Of a DNA stretch of 64,000 bases, positions 27,360 through 37,331 are shown piece by piece. Position 1 is the stretch's first letter, and every line of letters starts with the position of its first letter. The notes below the pieces were generated by a model. It was given only the letters and a program-made list of their open reading frames with translations. It was not told the DNA's origin and searched no databases. Origin of the DNA: a virus; the IMG/VR virus record IMGVR_UViG_3300009068_000023. One strand, 5' to 3'. Both the position numbers and the translations under genes were made by a program.

Positions 27360-28347
27360 GGAAAATGAAGTATCGAAGAATTCGCAGGGCGGTACTGAAA
27401 TGATGAAACGAGGTCTTGCAGAAAGACTTCCACCGGATGCTGCGGATGAATTTCAGGTTATTTGCTCCAGAGTAAGAGACCTAGAAGATGATAAGATTCG
27501 GATCTATTGGCTTCATGACTTACCAGAAGATCCAGAGACTAATCACCTTAAGGATGAGATTAGCCGCGGACGGTTTCACAAGCTAGTCTTCTGCGGTCAG
27601 TGGCAATACTACCGATATCAGCACATGCTAGGTGTTCCATACGATACGCACTCGACTATTATCGAAACGGCAATCGATCCAATTCCTTTTGTAGAGAAGA
27701 GTAAAGATGAGATTCGTCTTATCTACACATCTACACCTCAGCGCGGGCTAGGACTACTTGTACCAGTCTTTGAAAAGCTTGCAGAGGAATACGATAATAT
27801 CGTGCTTGACGTATATTCTAGCTTTAAGATCTATGGCTGGGATGATGCTGACAAGCAGTTCGAGCCTTTGTATGAACGCATGCGCGCACATCCAAAGATC
27901 AATTATCATTCGTACGCCTCTAATGATGATGTGCGAGCTGCTCTACAAAAGGCACATATTTTTGCGTATCCTTCAATCTGGACTGAATGCAATAGCCGGT
28001 CGCTTATTGAAGCAATGTCGGCCGGCCTACTTTGCGTGCATCCTAACCGAGGCGGTTTGATTGATACTTCTGGTGGGCTTAATTTCATGTATCAAGGTTC
28101 AGACGACGTTCAAGAGCATGCAGGTACTTTCTACTTCGCACTTAAGAACGCTATTGATATTGTAAATACAGAACAGATTCAAGACTATCTTAAGCTTACA
28201 AAGACGTATGCAGATAGCAGATTCAATTGGACTAAGATTACAAGTCAGTGGCAAGATCTAATGGCATCTCTTAAGGCACAGTACCCAACTGAAGAAAGCC
28301 GCAAGATTAAGAATGCCGGTCCTATGTTCGTTTATAATACTGTATGA
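27349..28347 (+). CDS. GT-B glycosyltransferase (GT4-like)
   Basis: YTSTPQRGL, AYPSIWTE...LIEAMSAG. Confidence 0.85.
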   Translation: MAFEENEVSKNSQGGTEMMKRGLAERLPPDAADEFQVICSRVRDLEDDKIRIYWLHDLPEDPETNHLKDEISRGRFHKLVFCGQWQYYRYQHMLGVPYDTHSTIIETAIDPIPFVEKSKDEIRLIYTSTPQRGLGLLVPVFEKLAEEYDNIVLDVYSSFKIYGWDDADKQFEPLYERMRAHPKINYHSYASNDDVRAALQKAHIFAYPSIWTECNSRSLIEAMSAGLLCVHPNRGGLIDTSGGLNFMYQGSDDVQEHAGTFYFALKNAIDIVNTEQIQDYLKLTKTYADSRFNWTKITSQWQDLMASLKAQYPTEESRKIKNAGPMFVYNTV

Positions 28348-29321
28348 TTTTAGCTAAGACACCGTTAAGAGTAAGTTTTTTTGGAGGCGGTAGCGATATA
28401 TCGTCCTTTTACGAAAGGCAACCAGGTGCATGCTTGTCAACAACGATTAACAAGTATATGTACATTACTGTTTGTAAGACTTCACTTAACGGTGTCAAAG
28501 CTATCTACAACTCAATAGAAGTTACTGAGGATGTAGAAGAATTAAAGCACGATAGAATTAAAAATGTGCTTAAGGCATTTAGTATTGCAAAGAATATAGA
28601 AATTGCATCTTTTTCTGAGATTCCTACCAAAGGTACTGGATTAGGTTCATCATCTGCCTTTACGGTTGGGCTTATAGATGCAATTTACAGATACCAGGAC
28701 TTGCCCACTCCTAGCAGATTTGATCTAGCTGAAGCTGCATGTGATATTGAAATTAACTGGTGTAAAGATCCGATAGGTAAACAAGACCAATATGCAGCTG
28801 CGTTCGGTGGTCTTAATTTATTTACCTTTAATACTGATGGTGTTGTAGATGTTAGCCCGGTACCAGCTAGTAGTAGTACTATTACTAGACTTAAAAGCAA
28901 TTTAATGTTATTCTATACTGGTATTACAAGAAGTGCTGCTAATATTCTGCAAGAACAATCTGCTAATGATAAAAATCACGAAGTAAGAGAACTAGTTAAG
29001 CTTGCTCACGACGCTTATAAATCTATAAGAACAGGTAAGTTAGATGATTTTGGTGATATGCTAGACTATTCGTGGAATATTAAACGTTCACTTGCAAGCG
29101 GTATCAGCAGCGGGCAGCTAGATGACTATTACAGTGATATTAAGAAAGCTGGTGCATTAGGTGGTAAAATATTAGGTGCTGGTGGTGGAGGTTACTTTTT
29201 ATTCTATGTTCCGGATGACATAAGTAAAAAGAAGGTACTAGAAAAGGCCAAGAGAATAGGCCTTAAACATTTTGATTTTAATTTTGACAATGATGGAAGT
29301 AGAGTAGTTTATGCAAATTGA
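28344..29321 (+). CDS. GHMP sugar kinase (HddA-like heptose-7-phosphate kinase)
   Basis: PLRVSFFGGGSD, GTGLGSSSA, GKQDQY, GAGGGG. Confidence 0.9.
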   Translation: MILAKTPLRVSFFGGGSDISSFYERQPGACLSTTINKYMYITVCKTSLNGVKAIYNSIEVTEDVEELKHDRIKNVLKAFSIAKNIEIASFSEIPTKGTGLGSSSAFTVGLIDAIYRYQDLPTPSRFDLAEAACDIEINWCKDPIGKQDQYAAAFGGLNLFTFNTDGVVDVSPVPASSSTITRLKSNLMLFYTGITRSAANILQEQSANDKNHEVRELVKLAHDAYKSIRTGKLDDFGDMLDYSWNIKRSLASGISSGQLDDYYSDIKKAGALGGKILGAGGGGYFLFYVPDDISKKKVLEKAKRIGLKHFDFNFDNDGSRVVYAN

Positions 29322-29898
29322 TGATAGGCTTCAAAGCTATGCTCAAGACCTAGCCAACGGTCTACGCAGTGTTGATCCTCTTGCTCTAGATAGAGCTGCA
29401 ACATTACTAATAATTACCATGCTAGCAAAAGGCACTATTTTTGTTTGCGGCAATGGTGGCTCAGCTGCTATAAGCGATCATTTCCTTTGCGACCATAGCA
29501 AAGGTATCTATAACGATACTAAATTTTTTCCTAAGATAGTATCATTGCCATCCAACACGTCTTTGCTTACCGCGATTGGTAATGATATATCTTATGATAG
29601 TGTTTTTAGCTATCAACTCGATATGTTTGCAGACCCGGGCGATGTTCTTGTAGTGATATCATCTAGCGGCAACTCATCAAATATATTAAATGCATTGCGC
29701 ACGGCCAAAGCTAGTAATATGAAGACTATTGCGCTGGTAGGCTTTGACGGCGGTGAAGCTAAAGATCTGGCAGATATAGTTCTTCATGTACCTGTTAGTA
29801 ACTACGGTATCGTAGAAGACGCACATCAAGCAATAATGCACGTAATAGCGCAGCATATTAGAATTACAAACAAAGATAAAGATACTATTAAACTGTAA
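29311..29898 (+). CDS. gmhA: phosphoheptose isomerase (SIS domain)
   Basis: CGNGGSAA, TAIGND, ISSSGNS, EDAH. Confidence 0.9.
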   Translation: MQIDDRLQSYAQDLANGLRSVDPLALDRAATLLIITMLAKGTIFVCGNGGSAAISDHFLCDHSKGIYNDTKFFPKIVSLPSNTSLLTAIGNDISYDSVFSYQLDMFADPGDVLVVISSSGNSSNILNALRTAKASNMKTIALVGFDGGEAKDLADIVLHVPVSNYGIVEDAHQAIMHVIAQHIRITNKDKDTIKL

Positions 29899-30752
29899 TG
29901 ATTTTACTTGACCTTAACCAGGTGTGCATTGCTAATTTGATGGCACAGCTTGGTAATTATACAAATGTTAAGGTAGATGAAAATCTACTAAGGCATATGG
30001 TTCTCAATACCATTAGATCCTTAAAAAATAAGTTCACAGAAGAATATGGTGAGCTTGTAATCTGTTGTGATGATAAAAAAGTATGGAGAAAGGATATATT
30101 TCCATACTACAAAGCTAATCGTAAGAAGACTAGAGATGAATCAGAACTAGACTGGTCATTCATTTTTAATACTTTATCTGCTATTAAGCAGGAACTCAAG
30201 GAATACTTTCCTTATAGAGTTATTCAAGTAAAAGGTGCTGAAGCAGATGATGTAATTGGTACTCTAGTACTAAAACACGGGCATATGCTAAATACTGGTG
30301 AGCCGATATTAATTCTCTCAGGTGATAAAGATTTTGTTCAACTTCAAGTATTTGGTAATGTTAGTCAATTTGATCCTATTAGAAAAAAACCAATTAAAAA
30401 CAACGACCCAGTGAAGTTTACTAAAGAGCTTATTATTAAGGGCGATCGTGGTGATGGTATTCCTAATATTCTATCTCCAGACGATAGCCTAGTAAATAAT
30501 ATTAGACAGAAACCCGTGAGGCTTGAACGCTTTGAGGGTATGAATAATCCGCGTAAGGAACTTACCGGCGACCTCTTAAAAAATTGGATTCGTAACGAAC
30601 AACTTATTGATCTCACATTTGTACCAGAACATATTCAAGCATGCGTGCACGACGAATATGATAAGGAAAGTAACAAGAATAAAGATAAGCTTTTAGATTT
30701 TCTTGTTAGTAAGAAGCTCAAACAACAAATAGAACATATCGGTGAATTTTAA
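29898..30752 (+). CDS. rnh: T4-type RNase H / 5'-3' exonuclease
   Basis: PYYKANR, EADDVIG, SGDKDF, GDRGDGIPN. Confidence 0.95.
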   Translation: MILLDLNQVCIANLMAQLGNYTNVKVDENLLRHMVLNTIRSLKNKFTEEYGELVICCDDKKVWRKDIFPYYKANRKKTRDESELDWSFIFNTLSAIKQELKEYFPYRVIQVKGAEADDVIGTLVLKHGHMLNTGEPILILSGDKDFVQLQVFGNVSQFDPIRKKPIKNNDPVKFTKELIIKGDRGDGIPNILSPDDSLVNNIRQKPVRLERFEGMNNPRKELTGDLLKNWIRNEQLIDLTFVPEHIQACVHDEYDKESNKNKDKLLDFLVSKKLKQQIEHIGEF

Positions 30753-31201
30753 TGAAAAAATGTATTGCTGAGATTATTAAGTCGTGTTGTGATCTTAAGA
30801 CTATAGAAGAAAAAGTAAGATTTCTTCAAAGCAATGATAATCCTATTTTAAGAACTATTCTTAAATGTGTTTTTGATCCTAAAATAATTTTTCTTCTTCC
30901 CGAAGGTTCACCCCCTTACAAGCCTAGTGAATACCTAGATCTAGAAGGCAGACTATATTCTGAGACCAGAAAACTCTATTTGTTTGTTGAGGGTGGAAAT
31001 CCTAATCTCAGCAAATTTAAACGAGAAATGCTTTTCATCCAACTTATCGAATCGCTAGATAAGCGAGATGCAGAACTTTTAATCGCAGTAAAAGATAAAA
31101 AGTTGCCTTTTAAAGGCATTACAGAGAAAATAGTTAGAGCAGCATATCCAGACCTACTACCATTAGAGGAGAGCAATGAGCAAGTCGCAAAAAAAGCATA
31201 A
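30752..31201 (+). CDS. conserved T4-like protein downstream of rnh
   Basis: LPEGSPPY...KREMLFIQLIESL...AELLIAVKDKKL. Confidence 0.75.
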   Translation: MKKCIAEIIKSCCDLKTIEEKVRFLQSNDNPILRTILKCVFDPKIIFLLPEGSPPYKPSEYLDLEGRLYSETRKLYLFVEGGNPNLSKFKREMLFIQLIESLDKRDAELLIAVKDKKLPFKGITEKIVRAAYPDLLPLEESNEQVAKKA

Positions 31202-31459
31202 TAATTACGTTTACGAAGATAATGATAGACCTCATCATCAAGTTAAAAAATTTAAAAATGCTAAAGAAAAGAAAAATTATAAAAACCTAGAGAACATTCT
31301 TAAGTCAAAGAATATTGACAGACTGCTAACATTGGATGATACTTATTAAATGAAATGGCTATGGAGTAGTAAATTTATTGTTTGGTTTGAATCAAAATTA
31401 GTTACCCTTACTAATTACATTTGGCGCAAACGAAGAGAATACGAAAAGAGAAACAAGTA

Positions 31460-31762
31460 ATGCCGTTTTATACTTTTCATGATTCTACTAATGATGAAAT
31501 AGTAGAACATAAGCTTAGTATTTCTGAATACGATACGTTCGTCAAATTAAACCCCCATCTTATACGATATCATGATATTTCTACTATACCAAGTATGGTT
31601 AGCGGAGTCGGTGGTATTAAAAATGATTCTGGCTGGAAAGATGTTCTCTCTAAAATCGGAGAGAAACATCCGGATAGTGAGCTCAATAGAAATGTTAATA
31701 AAAAGTCTATTAAGCAAGTTAAGACAGAACAGGTTATTAAAAAGCACCTTAATAAAAAATAA
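31460..31762 (+). CDS. FmdB-like small regulatory protein
   Basis: MPFYTF N-terminus; NPHL; GWKDVLSKI. Confidence 0.6.
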   Translation: MPFYTFHDSTNDEIVEHKLSISEYDTFVKLNPHLIRYHDISTIPSMVSGVGGIKNDSGWKDVLSKIGEKHPDSELNRNVNKKSIKQVKTEQVIKKHLNKK

Positions 31763-32439
31763 TGTTCATACACAATCCCCTACCAGTTCAAGAACTTACT
31801 AGTATAGAAAAAGATGGTAAAAGATTTTATCTAGTAGATGGGGAAGAATATCCCTCAGTAACTACTGTTCTCTCTTCTTATAAGAGCAAATCGATTGCGG
31901 AATGGAGAGAACGAGTAGGAGCTTCAACTGCAGAAAAGATAACAAGACAGGCTACGACCCGGGGAACGGCAGTTCATCAGCTATGTGAAGATTATGTAAA
32001 TAACAAAGAGAACTATACTAGCAAAGCTATGCCTGCTAATGTTTCCTTGTTTAAACAAATCAAAGATTTTCTTGACGATAAACTGCAATCAGTATATAAT
32101 CTAGAAATACCGTTGCATTCAAAGGTACTAAAAGCAGCCGGTAGATGCGATATGCTTGGCCGCATAGATGATAAAATCTGTATTGTTGACTATAAGACGT
32201 CATCTAAGATTAAGAAGGACGAGTGGATAGAAGGTTACTTTCTACAGACCACAGCCTACTCGATGATGGTCGAAGAGATGTACGATCTTAAGATCGATCG
32301 AATCGTAGTAGTTATTGCAGTAGAAGAAGAAAATGCCCCGCAGATTTTTATAAAGTCTCCGGATGAGTATAGATCTGAAACGATTAACTTATTTAAATTA
32401 TATCATACAAATGGCACGCAAAAAGAAAGTAGAATTTAA
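31762..32439 (+). CDS. PD-(D/E)xK (Cas4-like) exonuclease
   Basis: YPSVTTVL, RGTAVH, AGRCD, IVDYKTS, QTTAY. Confidence 0.9.
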   Translation: MFIHNPLPVQELTSIEKDGKRFYLVDGEEYPSVTTVLSSYKSKSIAEWRERVGASTAEKITRQATTRGTAVHQLCEDYVNNKENYTSKAMPANVSLFKQIKDFLDDKLQSVYNLEIPLHSKVLKAAGRCDMLGRIDDKICIVDYKTSSKIKKDEWIEGYFLQTTAYSMMVEEMYDLKIDRIVVVIAVEEENAPQIFIKSPDEYRSETINLFKLYHTNGTQKESRI

Positions 32440-32950
32440 GAAAGAAGCTCTCTATAGCAGCGTAGGTAATTCTGCACAAGAGATTTTTAACAAGATTGGT
32501 ATCAATAATGCCATGTCAAAGACTGTTATGATTCAGACAGCTCGAGCATATATTGATAATCAGAGTAATCCAGTCCGAGCATGTAACGCTATTCTACTTA
32601 AGCTCGGTGTACCAGTACAATTTAATGCTGAGATGCGTAAGAGCAGAGTATACGCATTAACAGCACTAGATGAAGCAACGACTCAAGGTGAAAATTTTGA
32701 TCCTAAGTCAGTATTGTCCATTGCCGAAAAACGTCTAGAAAAGTTGAATACTATTTTAGGCAAAGATATCAGTGTTCAAGAAGAAAAGGAGGTATCCACG
32801 TCTAAGTCATCTATTGCTAGAGAAATCTATGCAAGTATGATCGATAAAAAGACAGGTGATATTGTTCGAGAGATATCAGAAAGGTTAAATATTGAGAAGC
32901 AGTCGGCTTATGGGTATTACTATAGTGCAAAACGAGCACTAACAGTTTAA
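32411..32950 (+). CDS. hypothetical protein with C-terminal HTH-like region
   Basis: 180-codon ORF followed by a terminator. Confidence 0.6.
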   Translation: MARKKKVEFKKEALYSSVGNSAQEIFNKIGINNAMSKTVMIQTARAYIDNQSNPVRACNAILLKLGVPVQFNAEMRKSRVYALTALDEATTQGENFDPKSVLSIAEKRLEKLNTILGKDISVQEEKEVSTSKSSIAREIYASMIDKKTGDIVREISERLNIEKQSAYGYYYSAKRALTV

Positions 32951-32952
32951 GC

Positions 32953-32983
32953 AAACGGGCTTCAATGCCCGTTTTTCTTTTTT
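32953..32983 (+). terminator. intrinsic terminator
   Basis: AAACGGGC-ttcaat-GCCCGTTT followed by a T run. Confidence 0.85.
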
Positions 32984-32999
32984 AGTTCTAGGAGGTGCC

Positions 33000-33197
33000 A
33001 TGGATTACAGAAGAGCATCAGAACTCGAAGAAATGATTCAAAATCAGATCTTCTACGGAATTCCAATCTCAGAAATATCATCAGATATGCTAGATGATAT
33101 GGATAACGAAGATCTGAGAACGTTCTACATCATAGTTAACATGCTTCACTGGGAAGCCATAGATGATCTCACAAAAGAAGTTGATTTTATTTCGTGA
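33000..33197 (+). CDS. small acidic hypothetical protein
   Basis: GGAGGT RBS. Confidence 0.6.
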   Translation: MDYRRASELEEMIQNQIFYGIPISEISSDMLDDMDNEDLRTFYIIVNMLHWEAIDDLTKEVDFIS

Positions 33198-33239
33198 CGA
33201 AATTAATATATACATGTCATTAATTAAAGGAGATATGAC

Positions 33240-34172
33240 ATGGCACACTTGATTGAGAATATGGCTTATGCTGGCGAAGTACCTTGGCATGGTTTGGGTA
33301 AGGAAGTACCTGCTGACCTGTCCCCTGAGCAAATGCTCAAGACTGCAGATCTAGACTGGACCGTTGATAAGGTTCCTACTTTTATTGATCTTAACGGTGT
33401 TAAGACTGCAACTGGTCGTCATGCGCTAGTTCGCTCGTCTGATAACAGCATTCTCGACGTCGTTACTACCGACTGGAATCCTGTCCAGAACCAAGAAGCT
33501 TTTGAGTTCTTTGATGAGTTTGTACATAGCGGTGATATGGAGATGCATACCGCCGGCTCGTTGAAGAACGGTCAAGTCGTCTGGGCTTTGGCTAAGATCA
33601 AGGACGGCTTTGAGCTGTTTGGTGGTGATGAAGTGAAGGGTTATCTGCTCTTTACTAATCCGCATAAGTTCGGTCAATCGATCGATATTCGTTTTACCCC
33701 TATCCGAGTTGTTTGTAATAATACCCTTACGCTTGCTCTAGATGCTAAGGCTGCTAACTCTTACAAGATGAATCATCGTCGTACGTTTGACGGCGATGTT
33801 GCTAAGGAGATGCTTGGTATTGCTAAGGATAAGCTTCAGACCTATAAGGAGATGGCTGCTTTCCTCGGTAGCAAGCGTTATAACGAGGATAAGGTAAAGG
33901 AATACTTTGCTACTATCTTCCCCGGCCTTACTAAGGAAGAAGGTAAGATGTCTCGTAATGCCGTTCAAGCGCTTGATGTTTTGGAAAAGCAGCCTGGTGC
34001 TAAGTTTGCCGAAGGTAGCTGGTGGCAACCGTTCAACGCAGTTACGTTTATGACTGATCACCTGCTTGGTCGTACTAACGAGACCCGTATTCAGTCGGCC
34101 TGGTTTGGTCCTAACAAGTCCCTCAAGATTAAGGCTCTAGAGAAGGCTGTTGAGTTTGCAGAAGCTGCTTAA
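33240..34172 (+). CDS. DUF932 family protein
   Basis: PWHGLG, PVQN.EAF.FF, TAGSL, TPIRVVCNNTL. Confidence 0.9.
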   Translation: MAHLIENMAYAGEVPWHGLGKEVPADLSPEQMLKTADLDWTVDKVPTFIDLNGVKTATGRHALVRSSDNSILDVVTTDWNPVQNQEAFEFFDEFVHSGDMEMHTAGSLKNGQVVWALAKIKDGFELFGGDEVKGYLLFTNPHKFGQSIDIRFTPIRVVCNNTLTLALDAKAANSYKMNHRRTFDGDVAKEMLGIAKDKLQTYKEMAAFLGSKRYNEDKVKEYFATIFPGLTKEEGKMSRNAVQALDVLEKQPGAKFAEGSWWQPFNAVTFMTDHLLGRTNETRIQSAWFGPNKSLKIKALEKAVEFAEAA

Positions 34173-34278
34173 TGTTTATCGTTACCATCACTTAATGCTA
34201 ATATACCAGTATTTTTTATTGGCCGGGTATAAAATATTAAGGTAGGATATCCCTACTATTGTTATTAAGGAGACTAAT

Positions 34279-34350
34279 ATGTGGACAAAGCCAACTGCTC
34301 AAGACAAGCGTTTCGGGTTTGAAGTCACGATGTACATTGCATCGCGTTAA
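34279..34350 (+). CDS. pqqA: pyrroloquinoline quinone precursor peptide
   Basis: TAAGGAG RBS; MWTKPTAQDKRFGFEVTMYIASR carries the W.KP....R.GFEVTMY (ExxxY) signature. Confidence 0.9.
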   Translation: MWTKPTAQDKRFGFEVTMYIASR

Positions 34351-34403
34351 TAAGTAGTTCAATATGCCCGGGGCCTCTGCGAAAGCACGCCTCGGCTATC
34401 ATT

Positions 34404-34427
34404 AAAGGGCCTGAAGGCTCTTTTTTT
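34404..34427 (+). terminator. intrinsic terminator after pqqA
   Basis: AAAGGGCC-tgaa-GGCTCTTT followed by a T run. Confidence 0.75.
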
Positions 34428-34428
34428 A

Positions 34429-34436
34429 TATAAATA
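34429..34436 (+). promoter_or_regulatory. T4-type late promoter
   Basis: TATAAATA before the fibre cluster. Confidence 0.75.
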
Positions 34437-34462
34437 TGAGGTACTGCTAACTCTATAATATC

Positions 34463-35446
34463 ATGCCTAGTAAAAATAAATCCCTTTCTAAATTTGTCTC
34501 TAATGACGCTACAGCATCATTTACTGGAGACATAACAGTCTCCGGAATTCCGGTTATTAATAGTAGTGGGTATTTCGTAGGCCCTGGATATTTTCCTAAA
34601 GGGGAGCCTGGAGAAAAAGGAACCTCTGGCTCAAACGGCAATAAAGGCCAGCCCGGAGATAAAGGGGATAAAGGAGACAAGGGAGAAAAAGGAAGCCAGC
34701 TAACTAGTGCAACTTACTACAATAGTAACAATACAGTAGTCTTTGTTAATAGCGACAATTCCACATTTAACGCTTCCGGTTTAAAAGGTAATAAAGGCGA
34801 TACAGGCACAAAAGGCGATAAGGGCGACAAAGGAGACACAGGAGCAAAAGGCGACACTGGCAGCAAAGGCGATAAAGGGGAAATTGGAGATAAAGGTAGT
34901 AAAGGCGAACAAGTATATACAGTTACATACACAGACGCTAATAGTACTCTTGCTTTTGGCAGCAGTGATGGTTCTTTCTTTTATGCTAACGGTATAAAGG
35001 GTCAGAAAGGGGACTTCCTTAAAGGTGACAAAGGCGACTTAGGAGTAAATCCTAATGCAACTAACACATTTACTGCTTTACAAAATTTTAATGCTATAGA
35101 AGTAACAAAAACACAAGAAATTTTTCAGACTATCAATCAAACTGTTTCTGGCGCGCTTTCTATTAATCTAGACAATGGTAATGTAATTTTTTTAAATCAT
35201 GGCGCTAATATTACATCAATTACTTTATCTAATATACCCTCCAGTAAAGCTTTTGGTTTTTCTATACTAAGAAAAAATACCACAGGTGCTTCACTTACTA
35301 TAAGCTGGGGGTCTGCATTTAAATGGTCAGGGGGCAGCGCACCTGCTTTAACAAATAGTTTAAATGCTATTGATTTATTTACTTTTATAACATTTGATGG
35401 CGGCACTACAATTTATAGTGTTATAAGCGGTATTAATTTTTCTTAA
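34463..35446 (+). CDS. collagen-like tail fibre protein 1
   Basis: G-X-K repeats; C-terminal W....KWSGG.AP....DLFTFIT.DGG domain. Confidence 0.8.
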   Translation: MPSKNKSLSKFVSNDATASFTGDITVSGIPVINSSGYFVGPGYFPKGEPGEKGTSGSNGNKGQPGDKGDKGDKGEKGSQLTSATYYNSNNTVVFVNSDNSTFNASGLKGNKGDTGTKGDKGDKGDTGAKGDTGSKGDKGEIGDKGSKGEQVYTVTYTDANSTLAFGSSDGSFFYANGIKGQKGDFLKGDKGDLGVNPNATNTFTALQNFNAIEVTKTQEIFQTINQTVSGALSINLDNGNVIFLNHGANITSITLSNIPSSKAFGFSILRKNTTGASLTISWGSAFKWSGGSAPALTNSLNAIDLFTFITFDGGTTIYSVISGINFS

Positions 35447-35453
35447 TTAATTT

Positions 35454-36368
35454 ATGTACATAGATTTAGATACTAAAAAACTTCTTCCGGTGTTGCCGCT
35501 TACATATAAACACACCTCAAATTTTAGCGCTTTGTCTGATAGTGAAATTAATCTTTTTAATGTGTATAAAGTTAATTCTTTTATACAGGATGAAAATTAT
35601 ATTACTTTAAGAGAAGTTTTAAGTACCCCTTATTTTTATTCTGATATTATATCTATAGAGCCTGGGCAGCAAGAACCTGGTACTAATGTAAAGATAATAT
35701 TAGACAAAAATTTGATTATAAAAAGAATTAATGAAACTAAAAACCAAACAGGTAACTTCATATCAGCCGGGCATGCTATTGAAGGTTTTGTAGTAGAAGA
35801 AATTAAAAATGTTCAATTGGAACGTAACCGGCCTGAATATAGTTTTATTGATTTAGAAAGTTATATTTTTATATGGATGGGTAAATCAAAATTAGTCAAT
35901 AATGACAAAAAAAATAATAACAATTTTAAATACCTATTACAAAGAACTAATATTAGCACCTTTGATAATTATTTTAAAAAAGATTTTAAAATTTATCAAG
36001 ATACAGGGTTTGAAGGTAAAATTTCATTAGTAGACAAAAGCTTTCAAATAATAAAATTAGAGAACTGTATTAACATAGACCTTATAGATATAAAAAAGAA
36101 TTTTTATTGCGACAGCACGACTATAGAATGTAAAGACATTTTCAGTATAGAACTTTATCGCAAAATAGATCCATTTAATAGCAAAAATGTTATTTTGAAT
36201 AACATAAATAATAGTTTAAATAATATAATAATTTTTACCGTGATTAACAATGAAGATATAGAGCTAAGTAATACTTTTAGTTCGGGTGGTATTAAAATTG
36301 AATCAGAAGGGCATAATACTGATTCAGGTAGATCAAGAATATTAAATAATTATGGTAGATTAGTATAA
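35454..36368 (+). CDS. AT-rich hypothetical protein
   Basis: Long Asn/Ile/Lys-rich ORF between fibre and adhesin. Confidence 0.6.
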   Translation: MYIDLDTKKLLPVLPLTYKHTSNFSALSDSEINLFNVYKVNSFIQDENYITLREVLSTPYFYSDIISIEPGQQEPGTNVKIILDKNLIIKRINETKNQTGNFISAGHAIEGFVVEEIKNVQLERNRPEYSFIDLESYIFIWMGKSKLVNNDKKNNNNFKYLLQRTNISTFDNYFKKDFKIYQDTGFEGKISLVDKSFQIIKLENCINIDLIDIKKNFYCDSTTIECKDIFSIELYRKIDPFNSKNVILNNINNSLNNIIIFTVINNEDIELSNTFSSGGIKIESEGHNTDSGRSRILNNYGRLV

Positions 36369-37327
36369 TGTCTAGCTCAGCAACATCAAGATTATTGGCT
36401 TCTGGATCCCAGACACCCGGTGTTCCGCAATCTTTTTCTGTAGCAGTTTCGACCACGGCGCCTAAGTCTTTAAATTTAAGTTGGTCTAGTCCTGCATCTA
36501 TACCTGGGACTAGTATCGACGGGTATAGAATATACCGGGGAGCAACCTTAGTATCTACGCAGACAAGCACATCGTTTACAGATTCAGGGCTTGACTATAA
36601 CACCTCGTATACGTATAGTGTGTATTCATACAATTCCGTTGGGAATAGTAAAACCTCGGCAACCGCATCAAACACCACTTCAGTTGCATGCAATAATGCT
36701 AGCGGTCAACTACTTGCTTCTGGTACTACCGATTCAACTTCTGCTGTAACTGTTCCTGCAGGATGTTTCAAAGTTAGAATTCGAGCTTTAAGCGGAGGGG
36801 GTGGTGGTCAGACAGGCGGTGATGATGTGCATTTTGGTTCCTGTCGTGGTGTAAAATATAATGGAGGAGGGGGCGGCGCTTACATCGACGGTGTAGCCTC
36901 TATGACGCCTGGTGCAAATTATACTATGAGGGCTGGAGGAGGAGGAAACCCTGGTGTCAATGGTGGTATATCTGGTATAGCAGGAATAGTTCAGGTTAAC
37001 GGAGGATCCGCCGGCGGCGCCGGAGGTACAGCAGCATTCACACCAGCCGGTGCCACGGTAACAAGTGGTGGTAACGCTTCTGGCTCGTTCAGCGCTGATG
37101 GCGGTGCAGCTGCATTGTCTGGAAGTAATCCTGCAGGGGTAGCATCTCACGGGGGGACTAGAACGCAAGGCTGTGGCGCATGCGACGGGTGCAGAGGCAG
37201 TACAGGCAACGGTTACGGAGGTGGTGGTTCAGGGGGCACAGACTCAGGCGCCTTGTATGGGGAAACAGCATACGCTGGCGGACCCGGTGCGCCTGGTTAT
37301 GTTGTATGGAATTTTTCAGAAAGTTAA
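36368..37327 (+). CDS. FN3 plus glycine-rich adhesin-like receptor-binding protein
   Basis: FN3 (LSWSSP...Y.IYR...FTDSGL..NTSYTYSV); gp38-like GGGGG loops. Confidence 0.75.
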   Translation: MSSSATSRLLASGSQTPGVPQSFSVAVSTTAPKSLNLSWSSPASIPGTSIDGYRIYRGATLVSTQTSTSFTDSGLDYNTSYTYSVYSYNSVGNSKTSATASNTTSVACNNASGQLLASGTTDSTSAVTVPAGCFKVRIRALSGGGGGQTGGDDVHFGSCRGVKYNGGGGGAYIDGVASMTPGANYTMRAGGGGNPGVNGGISGIAGIVQVNGGSAGGAGGTAAFTPAGATVTSGGNASGSFSADGGAAALSGSNPAGVASHGGTRTQGCGACDGCRGSTGNGYGGGGSGGTDSGALYGETAYAGGPGAPGYVVWNFSES

Positions 37328-37331
37328 TACC

